DNA from: Oscillospiraceae bacterium
Lineage (GTDB): Bacteria > Bacillota > Clostridia > Oscillospirales > CAG-272
Direction of reading: 5' to 3'
DNA: 64,000 nucleotides
NCBI GenBank assembly: GCA_015063745.1
Contig: SVTO01000004.1
Span: 6,622-70,621, forward strand
The notes below the pieces were generated by a model. The model worked only from the letters and a program-made list of their open reading frames with translations. It ran no database searches and had not been told where the DNA came from. This document shows positions 1-7,516 of the stretch, in pieces. A program made the translations under genes and the position numbers. Positions within the stretch are counted from its first letter, which is position 1, and each line of letters begins with the position of its first letter.

Positions 1-4
1 TGGA

Positions 5-49
5 TGCAGAGAGGGAGAAACTTGACAGATAAGATTCTCCCTCTCTGCA
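5..49. repeat. Perfect 15-bp inverted repeat (hairpin), arms 5-19 / 35-49, 15-nt loop
   Basis: TGCAGAGAGGGAGAA ... TTCTCCCTCTCTGCA read directly. The loop contains TTGACA. No U-tract follows, so it is not a canonical intrinsic terminator. Confidence 0.6.
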
Positions 50-88
50 TTGAGGCACATATTCTATAAAACGAAAGGAACGAATATT

Positions 89-889
89 ATGCGGAACGAA
101 AAGAATCTTGATACACTCTGTGCTGCGCTGGCCTATGCCATGGGTATCGAAGCCCCGGCCGAATCCGCCCCCGCATCCCCGGAGATGTGCGCTTACATCG
201 ATGAAAAGCTGGGCGGCAGAAAAGCGGACCGGATTTTCATGTACAACCCGGACGCAGTTGCCCAGTGGGTTTACGAAAAATATCCCGCCCTGTTCAACGG
301 AATGGAAGACAGAACGGAGCTGACCCTGCCTTTTTCCGCCGTTATGCCCTGCGTGACCCCGGTATGCTTCGGTACCATGTACACCGGCGCACAGCCCGCA
401 GTCCACGGTATTCAGGCATATACAAAGCCGGTTATCGCCATTGACACCATTTTCGATGCGCTGATCCGTGCCGGAAAGAAGCCGGTCATTGTGTCATACG
501 GCAACAGCAGCCTGAGCAAGATCTATCTGGAACGGGACATGGATTATTTCATCTACAGCAATGTGGATGCCGTCAACGCCAAAGCGGCGGAGATCATTCT
601 GAAGGACGAATACGATTTTGTAGTGGTCTACAACGGCAATTATGACACACTGATGCACCGTACCGGCCCCGAATCCGTCTTTGCCCTCGGCGAACTGCGC
701 AGCAATGTACGTACCTTCTGCACCTTCTCCGACATGATCGCGGAACATTGGAAGCACCACGACACACTGGTAGGCTTCGCCATGGACCACGGCTGTCACG
801 AGATCGACGAAGGCAGCGGCTCCCACGGACTGGATATGGATGAGGATATGAATATCACCCATCTGTACAAAGCATATCCTGCCGAATGA
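89..889 (+). CDS. Small alkaline-phosphatase-superfamily metalloenzyme (NPP / type I phosphodiesterase-like)
   Basis: ORF 50-889. The TTG at 50 lies inside the upstream hairpin, so ATG 89 with AAAGGAA upstream is preferred. Motifs VTPVCFGTMYTGAQPAVHGIQ (nucleophile Thr + HG block) and AMDHGCHE...GSHG (C-terminal metal ligands). Alignable end to end with the product of 43619-44416. Confidence 0.65.
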   Translation: MRNEKNLDTLCAALAYAMGIEAPAESAPASPEMCAYIDEKLGGRKADRIFMYNPDAVAQWVYEKYPALFNGMEDRTELTLPFSAVMPCVTPVCFGTMYTGAQPAVHGIQAYTKPVIAIDTIFDALIRAGKKPVIVSYGNSSLSKIYLERDMDYFIYSNVDAVNAKAAEIILKDEYDFVVVYNGNYDTLMHRTGPESVFALGELRSNVRTFCTFSDMIAEHWKHHDTLVGFAMDHGCHEIDEGSGSHGLDMDEDMNITHLYKAYPAE

Positions 890-897
890 TAAAACAC

Positions 898-945
898 AAA
901 AAAGGATGCTGTATCCCCGAAAACGGGATGGCAGCATCCTTTTTG
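898..945. terminator. Bidirectional intrinsic terminator between convergent genes
   Basis: AAAAAAGGATGCTG...CAGCATCCTTTTT stem with an inner ATCCC/GGGAT extension. T-runs follow on both strands. Confidence 0.8.
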
Positions 946-983
946 TATGATAAGCAATATGGAAATCGCAGGGACAGTCGGTG

Positions 984-1913
984 TCAGTTTCGGGTCAGGA
1001 GATTGCCGTTTCCGTCGTAGATACAGTCAAGATCCACGGACATTGGCTCTGCCACGGCGCCGTCTTCCTCGTACCAGTGGAATGCCTGAATTTTGTGGAT
1101 ATATCCGAAGGAATCCCGGGCGTACAGGTAGAAGACAACCGTATCGCCCACTTTGGCATCCAGCGTCATTTTCAGCTGTGTCCGATACGAACCGCCGGCA
1201 CTGATGTCAGCCTGTACTTCTCCGGTCAGATCCTGACGGGATACTTCCGTACCGTTGACCTCCACAGCCAGCTCGTACTTCACAAAATCCGCTTCGGGCA
1301 GCGCGGACATGGGTTTGCTGTCAAGGTGCAGGTGGGAATCCAGATACAGCTTGCCGCCCTTCAGATTGAAATTGTGGCCGATGTTGACGTAAAGCTCCGG
1401 CAGGTACATCTGATACAGTCCGGAGAGATTCACATCTTCCAGATACTCCGTCTGCACACCGGAGGATGCGGAAAGGGTCAGCAGGGGGAATTCTTCGTGC
1501 CGGGCGAAAATATCCACGGGGAACTCTGCCGTGAACACATTGCCGTCCTGCACAAAATCCACCTTCTCACCGCCGAATTCCAGATGCAGGGTCATTACGT
1601 CGGTAATATTCTTCGGCACAACGGACAGCGTAACGGCGGCGGTATGGGAATCCGTATCCAATTCGCCGAAGGAATATTCCAGACCGGACAGCAGACTGGC
1701 CTGTTTCTTCAGCCGTTCGTCCACATTGCTGTAGATTTCCCGTACATTTGCCTGCACATCCTGAATATCCGCCTGCAGATTGGAAATCCGTCCGCGGAGA
1801 TATTCGATTTCATCCGACAGAACGGCGGTGCGGTATATGAGAAACAGAATACCGGCTGCCAGCAGAATAACGAGAATGGTTTTCAGATGATTTCGTGTGT
1901 TGTTTTGTTCCAT
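984..1913 (-). CDS. Signal-anchored extracytoplasmic protein with coiled-coil segment, unknown family
   Basis: ATG 1913 preceded by AGGAG (6-nt spacer). TM LKTILVILLAAGILFLIY, then a heptad-like stretch LSDEIEYLRGRISNLQADIQDVQANVREIY, then a roughly 230-aa domain with no motif I recognise. Confidence 0.75.
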   Translation of the reverse strand: MEQNNTRNHLKTILVILLAAGILFLIYRTAVLSDEIEYLRGRISNLQADIQDVQANVREIYSNVDERLKKQASLLSGLEYSFGELDTDSHTAAVTLSVVPKNITDVMTLHLEFGGEKVDFVQDGNVFTAEFPVDIFARHEEFPLLTLSASSGVQTEYLEDVNLSGLYQMYLPELYVNIGHNFNLKGGKLYLDSHLHLDSKPMSALPEADFVKYELAVEVNGTEVSRQDLTGEVQADISAGGSYRTQLKMTLDAKVGDTVVFYLYARDSFGYIHKIQAFHWYEEDGAVAEPMSVDLDCIYDGNGNLLTRN

Positions 1914-1936
1914 AATGGACTCCTGTGGTTTCAAGT

Positions 1937-2833
1937 TTACCGGATTTCCACCACTACCAGTTCCGGCCGGTTGAAGATCCGGGGTACCCGAGTTGTTTCT
2001 CTGGCCAGTCCGCGGCTGACAAGCATGGTCGTTCCATTTGCGTCATACCGTCCGCCGGCATATTCCGGGAAAATTCCCTGATGGGGCGCATACAGCCCGT
2101 TCAGAATCCCCGGTATCCGCCATTGTCCGCCGTGGGCATGGCCGCAGAGCACCAGATCAAAGGCATATTGGGTATATACTGCATAATATTCCGGCCGGTG
2201 TGAGAGCAGGATGGTGTATCCTTCCTCCGCCGATTCGGAAAGGGATGCGATCTGTCCGAGGAAGGTTTCCTCCTTGTCCGCCTGCGCCCGGCTGTATCCT
2301 GCGGGATCGGTTCCCAGGTCCGTGTTCACCATATACACATCCGGATCGTCCACGCCGCACAGACGGATCGTTTCTCCGCGTACGGACAGCGTTTCCGCCG
2401 TGCCGGATAAAACGGGAATATTGTATTTTTCCAGAATCCCCATCTGTATGTCAAACCGGTACCGTCCGCCCCAGCATTCATGATTGCCGGTGACGTAATA
2501 GCAGGGGAATTTGTCTGCAATCCCGGCTAAAAACAGCTCAGTATCCGTGTTGTCCCTGACATCATCGAAAATGTCCCCCGTCAGCAGAACCAGATCGGGT
2601 ACCTGTGCGGTGACGGCTTCGATCAGCTCACTCTGGTTTTCTCCGTACCGGCAGGAGTGCAGATCACTCACCAGCACAATACGGACGGGAGAGGTGATTT
2701 CGTCGGCGTCCAGGGTGTAGGTGCGGATCAGAAGCCGGCTGTCAAAGGCGATGATGAGAAGGAGGAGACACAGAAGCAGGACGGAAAGAAGCAGGATCCG
2801 CCTGGTGGTGAAAAATGGGGTTTTATGCTTCAT
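1937..2833 (-). CDS. Membrane-anchored calcineurin-like metallophosphoesterase
   Basis: Motifs VSDLHS, GDIFDD, GNHE, SHRP, GHAHGG. N-terminal TM RRILLLSVLLLCLLLLIIAF. ATG 2833 overlaps the upstream stop by 11 nt. The start is uncertain because there is no strong RBS. Confidence 0.8.
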   Translation of the reverse strand: MKHKTPFFTTRRILLLSVLLLCLLLLIIAFDSRLLIRTYTLDADEITSPVRIVLVSDLHSCRYGENQSELIEAVTAQVPDLVLLTGDIFDDVRDNTDTELFLAGIADKFPCYYVTGNHECWGGRYRFDIQMGILEKYNIPVLSGTAETLSVRGETIRLCGVDDPDVYMVNTDLGTDPAGYSRAQADKEETFLGQIASLSESAEEGYTILLSHRPEYYAVYTQYAFDLVLCGHAHGGQWRIPGILNGLYAPHQGIFPEYAGGRYDANGTTMLVSRGLARETTRVPRIFNRPELVVVEIR

Positions 2834-3620
2834 TTTCGGAAAAAGTCGTATACAGCGGTGCTTCCGTACCGGACACTTCGCGGTAGAACGCCGCATTGGC
2901 CGCTTCCCTGTAGGTATCCACAAAGAGATGCGCAATAAACGATACAAGGATCAGGGGCAGGAAGGCGAAATTACCCACCAGTACGGCGGCGAGGGCAATG
3001 ATCCCGGGCAGGGAAGCCAGCAGCGACCAGCCGATAAAGCTGAGATGCAGGCAGAACAGCCGGAATTTGTTGCCGTGCATGATCCTGCGGGAAACGGTGA
3101 TGGCGTAATTGGCTCCGTATTCCGGATGCTCGTAAAGTATGTACGGCGTCATGGCATAGCTGAAGGATTTGATGATACCGGGAATGACAAAGAGCAGGGT
3201 CCACAGAAATTCGTAAATCCCCATCAGGAGAACCATGACAAATCCGTCACCGAGTCTGTGGAACTGGGAGAACAGGTCCCCGAAGTGCACCTCTCTGCCG
3301 TCCACCAGATTCAGATTGAAGCGTGCATAACCGAGCTTGCCGGCGCCGCCGATGATCAGAGCGATAATGATGCTGATTCCGGCATATACCAGCATTGCCG
3401 CCAGAACGATGCGAAAGAAGTTCAGCACTTCCGGAGAGAAATATTCGTCCAGACGGATACTGCTGTTGTCACTATTGTTGTTGTTTGAGCTGACTCTGCC
3501 GCCGCCGGATGTGATCCGCGCACCGATCAGGGATGCCGCAAAGGCGGTCAGCACGGCCGTCAGCCATTTCCCACGCAGCGCTGTACGGGCGATATAACGA
3601 AAATCATCTGCGTATTTCAT
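2823..3620 (-). CDS. DUF975-family integral membrane protein
   Basis: N-terminus MKYADDFRYIARTALRGKWLTAVLTAFAASLIG is typical of DUF975. Several TM segments. ATG 3620 overlaps the upstream stop as ATGA. Confidence 0.75.
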   Translation of the reverse strand: MKYADDFRYIARTALRGKWLTAVLTAFAASLIGARITSGGGRVSSNNNNSDNSSIRLDEYFSPEVLNFFRIVLAAMLVYAGISIIIALIIGGAGKLGYARFNLNLVDGREVHFGDLFSQFHRLGDGFVMVLLMGIYEFLWTLLFVIPGIIKSFSYAMTPYILYEHPEYGANYAITVSRRIMHGNKFRLFCLHLSFIGWSLLASLPGIIALAAVLVGNFAFLPLILVSFIAHLFVDTYREAANAAFYREVSGTEAPLYTTFSENEA

Positions 3621-4105
3621 GTAGTCGTGTCCTTTCTGTTTTTCATTCTGCGGATCAGCTTCAGAATCCCGCGTACAATAAGCAGTACGATCAGTTGTAT
3701 CAGCCACAGACGGATCGCCACGAGGAAGGGACTGAATTCTTCAAACAGTGCGATAAATCCTCTCGGCGGATGGGCTAAGTAATAATGGTTGGCATGGGAG
3801 CCGAAAATGGCGGAGAGAACATACCATGCCAGCACAAAAAGGGGCAGGTTGACCCATGTGTGTCCCGGATGAATCCAACAGGCGAAAATCACCGGCAGAA
3901 GAAGCAGACCGACCCAGAAGATGATTTTTCCCGTATGGTCTTTCACGTGCAAGGTGTATTCGATCAGTTCGCCGGCGTCATCGTAGATACAATCCCCGAT
4001 CGTCCCCGCCACGCCGATCAGACCGTCGGCAAGTGCAAGGCAGACGATGACCGTCAACAGGCCGAGGAGGAAGGAGAACAGATAGCTTTTTCCTTTTTTA
4101 CTCAT
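3617..4105 (-). CDS. Small polytopic membrane protein, unknown family
   Basis: ATG 4105 with GGAG 6 nt upstream (the longer ORF starts at GTG 4150). About four hydrophobic segments and a basic C-terminal tail. Confidence 0.7.
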   Translation of the reverse strand: MSKKGKSYLFSFLLGLLTVIVCLALADGLIGVAGTIGDCIYDDAGELIEYTLHVKDHTGKIIFWVGLLLLPVIFACWIHPGHTWVNLPLFVLAWYVLSAIFGSHANHYYLAHPPRGFIALFEEFSPFLVAIRLWLIQLIVLLIVRGILKLIRRMKNRKDTTT

Positions 4106-4130
4106 AATACGCTCCTTTCCGCTTGGTGGG

Positions 4131-4595
4131 TTATGTGTAGCTTGTTTCACGTACTTCCAGCGTACATTCCGCCAGGGATTCGGCAGAATAGGGGATGGTC
4201 AGAAGCCAATGGGTATTTCTGTAGAATACGGACGTATCGATATTGGCAGCAATGTTTTCCTCACTTTGGGACCAGCCGTAGGGCAGCTCATCCCCCGGCA
4301 AAAGGATATGTACCACGATCGGATGCTCCCCATAGCTGCGGGTATGGATTGCGCTGACGGTTTCCCTCACAAAGGTATCCGAAAAATGGGAGAGGATGTC
4401 TTCCGGGTTGGCTGTCCGGTCGTTCAGCATCAGGAATACCCGGTATTGTTCATCTCTGGCAACATAGCTTTGATAGATTGTATAATAAGGCAGTTCCCGC
4501 AGTGCAGCAATTTCTGCACGTTTTTCGAGAAATTTCCCGCAGAATACGGCGGCAATCAGCAGAACAGCCAGTACTGCAATACCGTATTTCTTCAT
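4131..4595 (-). CDS. Signal-anchored hypothetical protein
   Basis: ATG 4595 with AAGGAG 6 nt upstream. N-terminus MKKYGIAVLAVLLIAAVFCG. No family recognised. Confidence 0.7.
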   Translation of the reverse strand: MKKYGIAVLAVLLIAAVFCGKFLEKRAEIAALRELPYYTIYQSYVARDEQYRVFLMLNDRTANPEDILSHFSDTFVRETVSAIHTRSYGEHPIVVHILLPGDELPYGWSQSEENIAANIDTSVFYRNTHWLLTIPYSAESLAECTLEVRETSYT

Positions 4596-4606
4596 CCGTT
4601 ACTCCT

Positions 4607-5080
4607 TTAGTCCCGCTGTGCATCAATGCAGGCGTCGATCACCAGTACCACAGCCAGCGCCGCGATCTCATCCACATCTTCCCCGAAGGAAATCTCATAA
4701 GCATCCCCGAGGGTGAACCATTCCTTTTCCACGGAGGCAATCACCGTATCCCCGTCGAGAACCTCGTAATCGTGGTCGAAGAAATCCCCCGTCACACGCC
4801 ATCCGGGGCCGTTTACCGAATATTCGGGATGGAAGAAGGTGAATTCCTTGACCACCTCCGCCACCTCCATACCGTCCCGGTAGATCATGTATTTCGGCAG
4901 GAAGGTGAAGAGCTGCTGTTCCACATAAGCAAGCTCCTTGCCCTGCATATCGTACAGATGCAGCTTCTTCCCGAAGGTGAAAACCTCCCCTTCCACATAA
5001 TATTTTTCGTTTCCGTTTTCATCGTAAATGGAGAACTGATCCCCCCATGTAAAAATTCTCTGTTTGATGTAAAGATTCAT
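4607..5080 (-). CDS. LURP-one-related / DUF567 (tubby-like fold) family protein
   Basis: ATG 5080 with AGGAGG 6 nt upstream. MNLYIKQRIFTWGDQFSIYDENGNEKYYVEGEVFTFGKKLHLYDMQGKE matches the bacterial DUF567 pattern as I remember it. Confidence 0.7.
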   Translation of the reverse strand: MNLYIKQRIFTWGDQFSIYDENGNEKYYVEGEVFTFGKKLHLYDMQGKELAYVEQQLFTFLPKYMIYRDGMEVAEVVKEFTFFHPEYSVNGPGWRVTGDFFDHDYEVLDGDTVIASVEKEWFTLGDAYEISFGEDVDEIAALAVVLVIDACIDAQRD

Positions 5081-5119
5081 AATGATCCTCCTGTATGTAC
5101 CGCAATGGTTTACATTACA

Positions 5120-5148
5120 AGTATAGCATATTTTCGCCTGCAAATAAA
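5120..5148 (-). promoter_or_regulatory. Sigma-A-type promoter for the DUF567 gene and downstream envelope genes
   Basis: Minus strand TTTATT - 17 nt - TGcTATACT (extended -10), about 40 nt upstream of ATG 5080 and just after the terminator of the upstream gene. Confidence 0.55.
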
Positions 5149-5184
5149 GATTTCCCGCGTAAATTAATCAAAAATTAAAAATCC

Positions 5185-5237
5185 CCCGAAACAGAAATCC
5201 CCGGAAGGTCTGCCTGCAACGCAGATTTCCTCCGGGG
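5185..5237 (-). terminator. Intrinsic terminator after the 5247-6779 gene
   Basis: Minus strand CCCCGGA..TCTGC / GCAGA..TCCGGGG stem followed by ATTTCTGTTTCGGGGGATTTTT. Confidence 0.65.
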
Positions 5238-5246
5238 TATATCCGT

Positions 5247-6779
5247 TTATTCTTCCGATCCGCCGATCACTTGTGTTTTTTCTTCGGCGGCATTGAACTG
5301 CAGGGCATCCTGCACCGTCATAAACGCACCGACTCTGTTCTGGGATGTCATCATCCGCTGCTGCTTGGCGGTGCGGAAGGGGTACTGCCGCCATGACAAG
5401 CCGTGGGTGTAGTTGATCCACGCATCCACAAGCCATCCGTCCTGCATTTCCTTGATCGTGTAGGAAACATACCCGCGCTGTGCTTCCCCGTCATCCGGCA
5501 TGGAAAATTCCGCAAATACATCCGTGGAGGTGGACTGCCCCCAGAACATACTGGTCGAAGTAAATGTCTCTTCCCCAAGGGAAATGTAGGGAGAAGTGTA
5601 GGTTACGCCGTCCTTGTCATACAGTACCTGTCCTGTGAAATCACTTGCCTGACCCCATCCCTTGCTGAGATGGTAGGCCGGCCAGAGCTGGATACATTCC
5701 GTGCCGAAATAGCCGGGATGGGAAGTCCAGCGGAAGTGATGGATAATCTTCCAGTGCTCCCGCTCGGTGGGCAGCTCCACAGCGACCCCGGTGATTTGCA
5801 GCTCCTTCACATCGTAAACGGTATAGGTATGGAAGCTGTAATATCCGTCCGCATTCTTTTTCTTCTCCTGCACCCGGCGGCCGTCGTTGAGCGCATGATT
5901 GCGCACTTCCGTAACCACCCGGATCGCACCTTTACATTCCAGAACATCCGCGTCCGTCATATCACGAAGGATCTCCTCCGGGAATCCGAGTTCCGCCAGA
6001 TGGGCTCTGACCTCCGCCGCTTCCTCATCCCCGGAAACCTCCATCGGCTGCCAGTCCATGTCGTAACTGCCGCCGAAGGTGTAGGCAAGGGTAAGGCCGA
6101 TGGCGAGAATACCGCCGATGATAAGGGTCACACACCAGTCCGGCAGATGCACGGGAGAGGCGTCGATCATGTACCCGGCTTCATCCATATCCCGCGCCAG
6201 CGTCCACAGGCTCCGCAGAATACAGATATACGCCACGATCACCCCGAGACCGATGATGATCCCGCTGTATCCGATCATAGCCAGTACGGTGAGTACGAGG
6301 AACCAGACGATCAGTCCGACCGCACCGCCGGCGTGTTCTTCCAGTCCCGCTTTCCGCTGTACGGCTTTGATGCCCTGCCAGAGACAGATGTGTCCGATGA
6401 ACCGCAGGATCAGGCTGATGGCGATGAGAAACACGGAGGAACTGCTTTCGGTGAGGATGCGGTTATAAATCGTGGCATCCCAGATCAGGGAAGGGAACCA
6501 TGTGACAAGCCGCAGCAGGGTGAGAACATAGCACCCCATAAACCATCCGTTGGCCCGCCGCAGAGTGCGGTAGCCGAGAAAGAGGAATACCATGCCGATG
6601 ACGGGCAGTATGTAGTTCAGGCACCAGAAATTCAGGGTCAGGGAGGTCAGTCCCAGGCCGATGATCACCCGGCGCATGGATTTCCGCCACGGTGTTACTT
6701 CTTCGACAATATCATCCGGCGGCAGCTCGGACATGGCGGATTCCAGCATGGTGTCGAAATCTTTTTCGTCAAACTTCAT
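5247..6779 (-). CDS. Polytopic membrane protein with large C-terminal soluble domain; candidate anti-sigma/sensor partner of the upstream sigma factor
   Basis: ATG 6779 (GGAGG 8 nt upstream) overlaps the sigma-factor stop by 11 nt. About 40-aa N-terminal tail, about seven hydrophobic segments, then about 270 aa of soluble sequence. No family recognised. Confidence 0.6.
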   Translation of the reverse strand: MKFDEKDFDTMLESAMSELPPDDIVEEVTPWRKSMRRVIIGLGLTSLTLNFWCLNYILPVIGMVFLFLGYRTLRRANGWFMGCYVLTLLRLVTWFPSLIWDATIYNRILTESSSSVFLIAISLILRFIGHICLWQGIKAVQRKAGLEEHAGGAVGLIVWFLVLTVLAMIGYSGIIIGLGVIVAYICILRSLWTLARDMDEAGYMIDASPVHLPDWCVTLIIGGILAIGLTLAYTFGGSYDMDWQPMEVSGDEEAAEVRAHLAELGFPEEILRDMTDADVLECKGAIRVVTEVRNHALNDGRRVQEKKKNADGYYSFHTYTVYDVKELQITGVAVELPTEREHWKIIHHFRWTSHPGYFGTECIQLWPAYHLSKGWGQASDFTGQVLYDKDGVTYTSPYISLGEETFTSTSMFWGQSTSTDVFAEFSMPDDGEAQRGYVSYTIKEMQDGWLVDAWINYTHGLSWRQYPFRTAKQQRMMTSQNRVGAFMTVQDALQFNAAEEKTQVIGGSEE

Positions 6780-7311
6780 TTCCGTCACCTCCCATCAGAC
6801 TGCGCAGTTTCTTCTTGATGCGGTACAGCCTGCCTTCCACAGCCCGCTCGGTCATACCAAGCTCCGCGGCGATCCGTGCGGTGGACTGCAGGTAGTAGTA
6901 TTTCCGGTAAAACAGATTCCTGTCCCGGGGACGCAGGGTATCCACCGCCTGGGATAAGACCCTTGTCCGTTCTTTCTGCAGGATGATTTCTTCGGGAGTC
7001 GGTGCGGGCGAGGGTGTTTCTGCCGCGATTTCTTCCGTCTGCTGCCGGTTGTTCCGCCGGATCATGTTCAGGGCAGTATTTCTGGTGACAGCCGTGATCC
7101 ATGCGGCCAGAGAACCGCGGGTATCGTCATATGTATCGAAATTTTCCCAGACCCGCACAGCCGCTTCCGAAAGACAGTCCTCCCTGTCATGGGCATCCCG
7201 CAGGATCGGCGCGATGATATACCGCATAAGCGGACCGTAATGCTTCAGCATTTCTTCCATCCCGGCCTCATCCCGTGCCCGAAGCAGAGCCAGAATCTCT
7301 TCTTCCCGCAT
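6769..7311 (-). CDS. ECF-type (group 4) sigma-70 family RNA polymerase sigma factor
   Basis: ATG 7311 with AGGAGG 6 nt upstream. Region 2 (LMRYIIAPILRDAHDREDCLSEAAVRVWENFDTYD) and region 4 HTH (STARIAAELGMTERAVEGRLYRIKKKL). About 180 aa. Confidence 0.85.
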   Translation of the reverse strand: MREEEILALLRARDEAGMEEMLKHYGPLMRYIIAPILRDAHDREDCLSEAAVRVWENFDTYDDTRGSLAAWITAVTRNTALNMIRRNNRQQTEEIAAETPSPAPTPEEIILQKERTRVLSQAVDTLRPRDRNLFYRKYYYLQSTARIAAELGMTERAVEGRLYRIKKKLRSLMGGDGNEV

Positions 7312-7428
7312 ACGCTCCCTCCTTTTTTGAATATGTTTGTATACTATTATACACCGTACCCATGAAAATCCCACGCAAATTCCAGAAAAATCCGGAATAT
7401 TTTTTCGATTTCAAAATCCCGGTATCCC

Positions 7429-7457
7429 TTGACATTCAATCTTTCCCATGCTATACT
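7429..7457 (+). promoter_or_regulatory. Near-consensus sigma-A promoter of the 1144-aa gene
   Basis: TTGACA (7429-7434) - 17 nt - TGcTATACT (-10 at 7452-7457), about 60 nt before ATG 7517. Confidence 0.75.
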
Positions 7458-7516
7458 GATACAAACCAAATTCCGATAAATCCGAACCTTTTATATATTA
7501 TCCGAAGGAGATTCCC

